Of a DNA stretch of 24,345 nt, positions 8,514 through 15,371 are shown in pieces. The stretch is taken from positions 1 to 24,345 of the forward strand of contig JBHLKM010000031.1 of assembly GCA_048886685.1 (NCBI GenBank), in the 5' to 3' direction. How positions within the stretch are numbered: position 1 is the stretch's first letter; each line of letters opens with the position of its first letter. Made by a program: the position numbers and the translations under genes. Below the pieces are notes generated by a model. That model did no database searches. It was not told the origin of the DNA and saw only the letters and a list, made by a program, of their open reading frames with translations. Source of the stretch: Candidatus Hodarchaeota archaeon. GTDB taxonomy: Archaea; Asgardarchaeota; Lokiarchaeia; Sigyniarchaeales; SOKP01.

Positions 8514-9641
8514 ATGAAAAAAAAAAAGAAGATTACACCCTTTAATACACCGGTCTTATTAACACTAAAAGCTTATAAAAGAATCGTTGGTTATGCTATT
8601 AGATATGCAAATGACGATATAAGCGAAAGTAAATGGCGTGAAGTATATGGAATTTTAATAGGAACGATAGATAATAATACTAAAGTTATTGTGAAAGATG
8701 CCATACCCATGGTTGTAGGTGATCGAGCAGGTGTCACTTATGAAAATAAACAGTACGTTGATATGGCTCAAATTGATGCATCTGTATTTGAAAGATCTGT
8801 CCAAGATGATAAAAATGATTTCATAATCGGCTGGTTTCATACTCATCCGAATTTCGGTTTTTTCTATAGTCCTATTGATTGTATGACTCAGTTAGGGTAC
8901 CAAATACCAAACCCGTTTGCTATAGGATTAATTTTTGATCATTCTAAAAGAGAATCCAAAGAATATTTTCTTGGTATCGCTGGTTTACGGTTAAAAGATC
9001 CAGGCTTAGGTATGTCATCTGCTTATGATTTTATAGATTTACATTATGAAGAAGATCAAAAAATTATGGCTCAAAAGGTTGATATGACGATCAAAGAAGT
9101 TCATCGAAATATTGACAACGTGTTGAAAGAAATAAAATCTATTGAAGAAGTATTACGTAAAAAAATGCTTGCTCAACTTCAGAGGAACTATGGTTTAATT
9201 TTAGTTCCAAAAGAAGATATAAAAGTAACTGATAATGAAGAAGAAGCTGAAGAGGATGAGCGTTACCTATATGAATGGGATCCAGATTTCTATAAAAAAT
9301 CATACAGAATCCCAAAATTTAGAGAAAAAATTGAGAAAACAATCTCAGAAGCTTATGATGAATTAGATAAATTAATTGAAAAAAATGATACCGAGAAATT
9401 TGAGGCTAGAAAACAGAAATTGTCAAAAAAAATTCAAAACATGTTAGCAAAACCAAATGAATGGTATGATAAATTAATGGATGAATTTTCTAAGAAAATT
9501 GAAATTATTAGTCCTTTTTTTGAGTATTTAGATACTCATGAAAGAAAAATTATAGAATATTTTGAAGAGAGAAGCTCTGAATATTATAGAATTTTAGATG
9601 ACCTTAATACAAGGTCAGAATTAAACTTATATAATTTTTAA
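8514..9641 (+). CDS. JAB1/MPN+ (JAMM) metalloisopeptidase, Rpn11/CSN5-like, with long helical C-terminal extension
   Basis: REVYGILIG and IGWFHTHPNFGFFYSPID give an intact E...HxHx7SxxD motif. ATG at 8514; TTG at 8508 is an alternative start. Confidence 0.88.
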   Translation: MKKKKKITPFNTPVLLTLKAYKRIVGYAIRYANDDISESKWREVYGILIGTIDNNTKVIVKDAIPMVVGDRAGVTYENKQYVDMAQIDASVFERSVQDDKNDFIIGWFHTHPNFGFFYSPIDCMTQLGYQIPNPFAIGLIFDHSKRESKEYFLGIAGLRLKDPGLGMSSAYDFIDLHYEEDQKIMAQKVDMTIKEVHRNIDNVLKEIKSIEEVLRKKMLAQLQRNYGLILVPKEDIKVTDNEEEAEEDERYLYEWDPDFYKKSYRIPKFREKIEKTISEAYDELDKLIEKNDTEKFEARKQKLSKKIQNMLAKPNEWYDKLMDEFSKKIEIISPFFEYLDTHERKIIEYFEERSSEYYRILDDLNTRSELNLYNF

Positions 9642-9802
9642 TACAAAAAGATGGTTTTGTTTTTGTTAAACTTTAATAATGACTGTAAATATTAACAATT
9701 TAAGAATTTTTGAAAAAATTTAATATAAATAAGATATTAATAGAATTAAGTATAGCTTCTTTTTAATGAAATTTATATTTCTTTCTCGAAAGAGGTTCTT
9801 TC

Positions 9803-10129
9803 ATGGTTAATGAGACGACTATTATTATTAGAAACAGAAGTGATAAGGAAAAATCAATTAAAGACGCGATATTTGCATTTTCTGGGGGAAAAAAATCATT
9901 ATTAATTAAAGGAGAGGGAGATGAAATAAGTACAGCAGTTGAAGTTGCTGAAATATTAAAAAATCGTATGTACCCCCGATTAGAAATTGCTAATGTTTCC
10001 TTAGGAAGTCGTCCCTTTTTTAACAACAAGAATCGTCGATATAATAACAGAAATACTAAATTTAATGGGAATAAAAAAGACATTGTCTCGAAAATTGAAA
10101 TTACGATACAAACGAAATCTATAGTATAG
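9803..10129 (+). CDS. Alba-family nucleic-acid-binding protein, divergent
   Basis: LLIKGEGDEISTAVEVAEILKNR, VSLGS and VSKIEITI align with Alba IKARGRAISRAVDVAE...IGS...VSTIEIVL. Confidence 0.8.
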   Translation: MVNETTIIIRNRSDKEKSIKDAIFAFSGGKKSLLIKGEGDEISTAVEVAEILKNRMYPRLEIANVSLGSRPFFNNKNRRYNNRNTKFNGNKKDIVSKIEITIQTKSIV

Positions 10130-10132
10130 TAT

Positions 10133-10303
10133 ATGAAATCTAATTTTAAAAATTTAGGTCCATTATTAAACGAGTCTCGGACATCTGAAGTATGCGCACT
10201 GTGTAATAATTTTATTTATAAACGCATTTATTTTGATGAAAACTCAAAAGAGAAGAGAAAAACCGTATTTGTTTGCAAGAATTGTTTAAATAATGAGCAT
10301 TAA
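10133..10303 (+). CDS. Small C4 zinc-ribbon protein, 56 aa (not in ORF track)
   Basis: MKSNFKNLGPLLNESRTSEVCALCNNFIYKRIYFDENSKEKRKTVFVCKNCLNNEH contains CxxC-x23-CxxC. There is only a 3-nt gap after the Alba stop. Confidence 0.75.
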   Translation: MKSNFKNLGPLLNESRTSEVCALCNNFIYKRIYFDENSKEKRKTVFVCKNCLNNEH

Positions 10304-10322
10304 AATTAGTATTAGCAATGAC

Positions 10323-11147
10323 TTAACTATTTTTACCACTTAACTGCCTTTTTTGTTTTCTCTTTTCAATGAGTTTTGACCAATCGAATGCCATGATAAA
10401 AAACATCACAGTGATCGTTAAAACAAGCAAAATTGCTTCTGTAATAATACTTGATTTACTGTTGGATTGAATTCCTTGAGTTGTAAACCCAAGTGCAATA
10501 AAAATAGGCCAACAACAGTAAAATAATATCGTGAAGTTCTTCCCTAACCATCCTGGAATAATACATTTCCAAAAGGGATATTTTAACATTCCTAAAGGTA
10601 TGAATAGAATATCGTCAGGAAGCGGAGTTAAAGCAAAAAGAAAGATGTAGAGCGGTGTACGTTTCTGATTTTCTAAAACTAATTTCCCGAATCCGTCTAC
10701 ATTATTTAACAATTCTGAATGCCTTTCTTCTGCAATTCTTTTTGTTCCATACCCCACTGAATAACCGGTTAATTCCCCTAAGGCACTCCCTAAACCCCCC
10801 ACAAGGGTAATGCCTATAATTTCAATCCAAAAACCTCCTGATGCCAAAGTTTGGGAAATAGTAAAACCGGAATCAAAATATCTAAACAATATTGAATTTG
10901 ATAAGGAAAATATAACAAATGGAAAAGGTATAGGAAAACCTATTGAAGCAGAACCTAGAAAACATATCCCCAGAGAAATAAGAAGCGCCAAATAATAATT
11001 AGTTCCCTCAGTTATAACATTTAGATTCTCTCTAAACTGAATTATTACATTTTGAACTTCTGGAATGAATAGAAAAAGGAGGATATAAATAATTATGATT
11101 ATATAAAAACAGGTGAATACTATAATTAATTTCTTTGGAACTGCCAT
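10323..11147 (-). CDS. DedA/VTT (SNARE-associated) superfamily membrane protein
   Basis: Multiple TM segments; GLGSALGELTGYSVG and FALTPLPDDILFIPLGMLKYPFWK...GK motifs. Confidence 0.85.
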   Translation of the reverse strand: MAVPKKLIIVFTCFYIIIIIYILLFLFIPEVQNVIIQFRENLNVITEGTNYYLALLISLGICFLGSASIGFPIPFPFVIFSLSNSILFRYFDSGFTISQTLASGGFWIEIIGITLVGGLGSALGELTGYSVGYGTKRIAEERHSELLNNVDGFGKLVLENQKRTPLYIFLFALTPLPDDILFIPLGMLKYPFWKCIIPGWLGKNFTILFYCCWPIFIALGFTTQGIQSNSKSSIITEAILLVLTITVMFFIMAFDWSKLIEKRKQKRQLSGKNS

Positions 11148-11151
11148 AATT

Positions 11152-11544
11152 CTAAGATTTTCTAGATATTTTCATATTCAATCCATTTCTTGCTTTTAAT
11201 AATAATTCAAGGTTTGTTTTCACTTTACCTACTTTATTCACTTTATTTGGCATTTGCATATTTTCGATAAGGATTACTAACTCATCTGTTTTAGGATTAT
11301 ATACAATTTCTCCTTTCTCTACATCTTTTATCGATTTTGAATTTGTACCTTTAAAAATTCCTAACCCTGGAAGTGTCCAGTAATTCTTCGAACCAAAGCT
11401 AAATCTACCTCTTAGATTAATTGGTAATTTTTCAATTATAGCATCTGCAGAAAGTGGGGCAATATGTCTGATAATTTCACCCTCTAATGTTCCTATCCCA
11501 AATAAATCCATCTTTATGGGGATTAAACCTGCATCACTATTCAT
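11152..11544 (-). CDS. Cyclophilin-like fold protein (archaeal, likely non-PPIase)
   Basis: RHIAPLSADAIIEKLP, VEKGEIVYNP and VNKVGKV pattern of archaeal cyclophilin-like proteins. Confidence 0.7.
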   Translation of the reverse strand: MNSDAGLIPIKMDLFGIGTLEGEIIRHIAPLSADAIIEKLPINLRGRFSFGSKNYWTLPGLGIFKGTNSKSIKDVEKGEIVYNPKTDELVILIENMQMPNKVNKVGKVKTNLELLLKARNGLNMKISRKS

Positions 11545-11642
11545 ATTTTATAAATAATGTAATTATAGATATTTATATTATTTTAATTCGATTCATTAAT
11601 TATTTCCTCAATGAAATCTAAATAATTATTATTATATTTAAT

Positions 11643-11657
11643 AACAAAATTTAAATA
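11643..11657 (+). promoter_or_regulatory. Putative BRE/TATA promoter for the ncRNA
   Basis: Purine-rich aacaaaa followed by tttaaata (11650-11657), ending 24 nt before the first paired G at 11681. This is typical archaeal spacing. Confidence 0.55.
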
Positions 11658-11680
11658 CTTCTTTTATCATATAGTGAGTT

Positions 11681-12178
11681 GAAGAGGATAATAGGTTTGC
11701 ATTGGAATTAGATGCGGTTCAAACACCGAATTTATTGTTTGCTTTAGAGAAACTGATTCCTTTTTACGAGATTTTTTTTGATACCTAATGATTTAATAAT
11801 ATAACACTCTATTTCAAAAGATTATTTCCCATATGTTCCTGAAATGCTTAATACGAAACTACAGAGAGGTTAACATTCGAATGAATTCTGTCAACCAATC
11901 TTTAAAATTAGCATATTGGAGCAAAATCATAAGTCCTTCATTTAATCCATCATTGAATATATAAAAATTTTAGCATTGAGACATTATTACTCTGAGGATT
12001 GAGTTTTGATTAAGTTGTATTAAAATTGTATTCACGAGACAATGAAACAATGAGAAATATGGTTTTAAATGAGAGTTTTTTTATAATAGGAGCTTTGATT
12101 ACATAATTGCTTCATAGGATAATGATTCTATACATTCCTTTGAAACAAAGAAAAATCGGAGCGCCTATTGTCCTTTTC
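11681..12178 (+). ncRNA. Putative large structured non-coding RNA (~500 nt), family unassigned
   Basis: GAAGAGGATAATAGGT (11681-11696) pairs with GCCTATTGTCCTTTTC (12163-12178): 16 contiguous bp, three of them G-U, which fixes the + strand. Several nested helices inside, no ORF of 60 aa or more, TATA upstream, T8 downstream. GC is ~29% versus ~12% in the upstream spacer (hand count). Confidence 0.7.
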
Positions 12179-12180
12179 CC

Positions 12181-12188
12181 TTTTTTTT
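12181..12188 (+). terminator. Oligo-T terminator of the putative ncRNA
   Basis: T8 run starting 3 nt after the terminal helix, convergent with the nucleotidyltransferase stop. Confidence 0.5.
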
Positions 12189-13026
12189 ATTTTAAGCTCA
12201 ATAGATCTGATTTTGTATCGATATCATTGAATCTGTATTTGGGATCGATGGGAACTCCATAAAGTATATTCTTTTGCTTATTTATATGGTTAAATATTTC
12301 TTTAATTGTGGTTGCTGAAATTTTTCTTTCGGTTTCTATAATTTTATTAAGAATTCTATGATTAAAAACAAATAAAGGTACAATTAGATTAATTTCTTCA
12401 TTTTCACTAATATCGCTTAGTTTAAATTGCTGTAGTTCTTTAACTATTATTTCTTTTGATTTCGTTTTTTCAATTTTAGCAATTGAAATGAGTTTTTCAG
12501 GATTTAATTTTGTTTTTAGATTAATTGCTTTCATTTTCTGGTAAAATATTATTGATTTATCTCTTATACAAGTAGGATTGTTTGAGATAAAATGAAAAAT
12601 TTCTTCCAATAAAATTGATTCATAATAAGTATCACCAGGAAAGACTAAGTAGATTTTACTTTTTTTAATAATAGATTTACTTTTTATTATAGAAAGAAAA
12701 GAATATAATGGTCCCCTTTTGTAATTGTTACCAGAGTTAAGTAGTAATATTTTATTTTGGAGTGATTCATCTTTTTTCTTAAGGGAAGAGATGTATTCTT
12801 CTATACTCTCTCTTAGATGTCCAGTTATGATAATAATTGATGATAATTTTCGTTTATTTAGATTGAAAATTAAATGAGAGAGAATTGGCTTTCCGTATAT
12901 TTCAATTAATGGTTTTGGTATATTATGAATAAAATTACTTATCCGTGTTCCCTCCCCAGCACATAATATTATCGCTATTATATTTTCTATTATCTTATTC
13001 TTTTGTAGTGACAATTTTATTTCCAT
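12187..13026 (-). CDS. Sugar-phosphate nucleotidyltransferase (NTP_transferase family)
   Basis: AIILCAGEGTRI, PKPLIEI, VFPGD and C-terminal DIDTKSDL. Start is uncertain (13041, ATG 13026 or TTG 13014, all overlapping map). Confidence 0.8.
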   Translation of the reverse strand: MEIKLSLQKNKIIENIIAIILCAGEGTRISNFIHNIPKPLIEIYGKPILSHLIFNLNKRKLSSIIIITGHLRESIEEYISSLKKKDESLQNKILLLNSGNNYKRGPLYSFLSIIKSKSIIKKSKIYLVFPGDTYYESILLEEIFHFISNNPTCIRDKSIIFYQKMKAINLKTKLNPEKLISIAKIEKTKSKEIIVKELQQFKLSDISENEEINLIVPLFVFNHRILNKIIETERKISATTIKEIFNHINKQKNILYGVPIDPKYRFNDIDTKSDLLSLK

Positions 13027-13912
13027 CCGTGTCCAATACAATTGTATGTTCTTCTTGAGCTACGGGTTCCTTACTTACTTCTATTAAAATGGGATATTTA
13101 TCTAAAATCTTTCTTCCCAAAAATGATTCAATTGTTCTCTGAATTTTAGATTTAGGAATAAGATTATTATTTACTATCCAGCGAGGAGAAAAAGGGAGAT
13201 GGTTGAAGTTCTTCTCGATTCCATTCATATACCCTTGTTGTTCATAAGGCATATTTTTTTTAACTCTTTTTACAAATCGATATATATATGAATACTTTCC
13301 ATTTTGAACTTTCCCTACTCCAGAAGTAGCAAATGGTTCACATGCATAAGCATCTCCTGGTTTTAATTCTTGATTATGTATTTTTTCTTTATAATTCGGG
13401 ATAAATGGGCCCGCATGCAAATTATATTGCTTTAACTCATGACCTCCTAGATTTGTTATTGGTCTTAATCCTCTATTTATAATTTTTTGGGCAATCACTT
13501 CACCCAATTCGTACAATTTAATCCCAGGATTAAACAGTTCTATAGCTGCATCAAGAGCTTCTCTTGCAGCGTCAATATAATTTTGAAGTTTAGGATCATC
13601 ATCCAAATTAATAGTAAAAGCAGAATCTGCAATATATCCGTTAAAAAGAGCACCAATATCAATTTTTAATAGACCTTTTTCAGGGATAATTGTTTTATCG
13701 TCAATTTCTGGGCTATAATGGGCTGCAATTTCATTTAAAGACATATTTATTGGAAAAGATAAATCACATCCAGCTTTCAGTATTTCTGCTTCGCATCTGT
13801 TAGCTATCTCCAAGAATGGCACTCCAGGTTTAATAATACCTTTTGCTAATTTCTTTGCAGCAATAACTCCTTTTCCAGCTCGTATATAATCTTGAATATA
13901 ATCGTCGCTCAT
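12995..13912 (-). CDS. map: Methionine aminopeptidase type II
   Basis: FPINMS, AAHYSP, KIDIG, GYIADSAFT, NLGGH, LHAG, EPFAT, AQEEHT. Confidence 0.96.
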   Translation of the reverse strand: MSDDYIQDYIRAGKGVIAAKKLAKGIIKPGVPFLEIANRCEAEILKAGCDLSFPINMSLNEIAAHYSPEIDDKTIIPEKGLLKIDIGALFNGYIADSAFTINLDDDPKLQNYIDAAREALDAAIELFNPGIKLYELGEVIAQKIINRGLRPITNLGGHELKQYNLHAGPFIPNYKEKIHNQELKPGDAYACEPFATSGVGKVQNGKYSYIYRFVKRVKKNMPYEQQGYMNGIEKNFNHLPFSPRWIVNNNLIPKSKIQRTIESFLGRKILDKYPILIEVSKEPVAQEEHTIVLDTDGNKIVTTKE

Positions 13913-13962
13913 AATTTTAATATTTAGTGTAATTTTAGAAAAAATATAACGGATAAATAATT

Positions 13963-15282
13963 TTAAGGTTCTAGACGATCTGGTGTTCTTGGATACATGA
14001 CTGCTTCTCGTATGTCATCTAATCCACTTATCATAGTAAGCCATCGATCTATCCCTAACCCGAATCCAGCATGAGGCGGCATTCCATAATCAAATGACCT
14101 AAGATGTGACTCAAAAGAATCTGAATTAAGACCTTTTGACTCCAAAGCATTAATTAATTGGGCTTTATTATGAACTCTAGTTCCTCCTGATGTTAATTCT
14201 AACATCCCTTTTTGTAAGTCGAATGACTCACTATATTTAGGATCTTTTGAAGGCATAATATAAAATGGTTTAATTGACATTGGATAATGGGAAATGTAAT
14301 AATAACCTGGTAATTCTTCTCCTAATTTTCTAAGCGCTTCAGTTGAAGGCTCTTCTCCGAATTCAAAGTTAAATCCAAATTTATTATTAATTAGATCAAT
14401 AATTTCTTCGTATCTATACCTTGGAAATGGTATTTTAGGTAAAGTAGTTTTATCTTCCATCTCTAAAAATCTCAACTCCTCCATTTTATTATCTCTAATA
14501 TCTTTAATAACATTGTATACCAATTCCTCTAATAATTCCATAATATCCTTCATTGTTGCGAATCCCATTTCTACATCTAAAGTAAAGATTTCACATAGAT
14601 GTCTTTTTGTCCGACTTTTTTCAGCTCTAAAACAATCACTTATTTCAAAAACCCTTTCATATACTCCACTGAGTTGTTCTTTATATAATTGAGCAGATTG
14701 GGTTAAGAAAGCTTCTCTTTCGAAATACATAATGGGAAACAATTCAGTACCCCCTTCTGTGGCAGATCCTATGATTTTGGGAGTGGTGATCTCTGTAAAA
14801 GATCTTTCAAATAAAAAGCGTCTAATTGATCTAAGTATTTCTCCTCTAATCTCAAAAATGGCTTGATTTCGAAGGGATCTTAAATCTAGCGCTCTATGGT
14901 TTAATCTAAGGTCTAATTCTGAAATTGTTTCCCCTGTCATATCGATAGGTAATTTATCGGGAGTTCGATTTAATATTTTTATATCAGTAGGGATTATTTC
15001 AATTCCACCTGGTGCTGTTTTAAATGCTTTAACTTTACCTTTTACCATTATGCAATACTGATACCCAACCTTAGTTTTATCAAAAATTTCATCAGAAATG
15101 GTTCCTTTTTTTAAGGTAATTTGCCGTTCTCCATATTTATCTTGAAGAGACAAAAATTTTAATCCCCCCAGATCTCGAAAATTTCGAACCCATCCACCTA
15201 AAATAACTTCATTTCCTACTAATTCGGGCGTAACTTCTTTTGTAAAATGTGTTTTTCTCCAATCTCCTAACTCATCGAGCAT
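13963..15282 (-). CDS. aspS: Aspartyl-tRNA synthetase, archaeal type, probably non-discriminating
   Basis: OB-fold GWVRNFRDLGG, ATEGG, LTQSAQLYKE, motif 2 FRAEKS, motif 3 GMPPHAGFGLGIDR, YPRTPDRLEP. Confidence 0.95.
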   Translation of the reverse strand: MLDELGDWRKTHFTKEVTPELVGNEVILGGWVRNFRDLGGLKFLSLQDKYGERQITLKKGTISDEIFDKTKVGYQYCIMVKGKVKAFKTAPGGIEIIPTDIKILNRTPDKLPIDMTGETISELDLRLNHRALDLRSLRNQAIFEIRGEILRSIRRFLFERSFTEITTPKIIGSATEGGTELFPIMYFEREAFLTQSAQLYKEQLSGVYERVFEISDCFRAEKSRTKRHLCEIFTLDVEMGFATMKDIMELLEELVYNVIKDIRDNKMEELRFLEMEDKTTLPKIPFPRYRYEEIIDLINNKFGFNFEFGEEPSTEALRKLGEELPGYYYISHYPMSIKPFYIMPSKDPKYSESFDLQKGMLELTSGGTRVHNKAQLINALESKGLNSDSFESHLRSFDYGMPPHAGFGLGIDRWLTMISGLDDIREAVMYPRTPDRLEP

Positions 15283-15371
15283 ATATTTGTATCAACTTAT
15301 TGTATTTTTATCAAAAATATAAATTTAAAAATTAAAGTAAAAATATAATTTTTCCCTTCTTATCAATATTT

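Noticed and set aside
7894-8527. 11-nt homopolymers (T 7894-7904, A 8517-8527) as phase-variation or frameshift sites
   Set aside because: Both encode Lys runs in intact frames and are expected in an AT-rich genome.
11713-11728. tRNA suggested by GGTTCAAA
   Set aside because: No acceptor, D or anticodon arms can be built around it.
11681-12178. SRP (7S) RNA interpretation of the ncRNA
   Set aside because: The terminal helix plus long stem is superficially similar, but there is no helix-8 CAGG-GNRA-AGCA motif and it is much longer than ~300 nt.
11681-12178. MITE or IS with terminal inverted repeats
   Set aside because: The end mismatches are all G-U compatible on one strand, no target-site duplication is evident, and promoter and terminator signals flank it. 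An RNA helix fits better.
5515-13669. Short ORFs 5515-5763, 7417-7683, 8088-8429, 8655-8846, 9763-10083, 10810-10995 and 13487-13669
   Set aside because: All lie antisense to better-supported genes.
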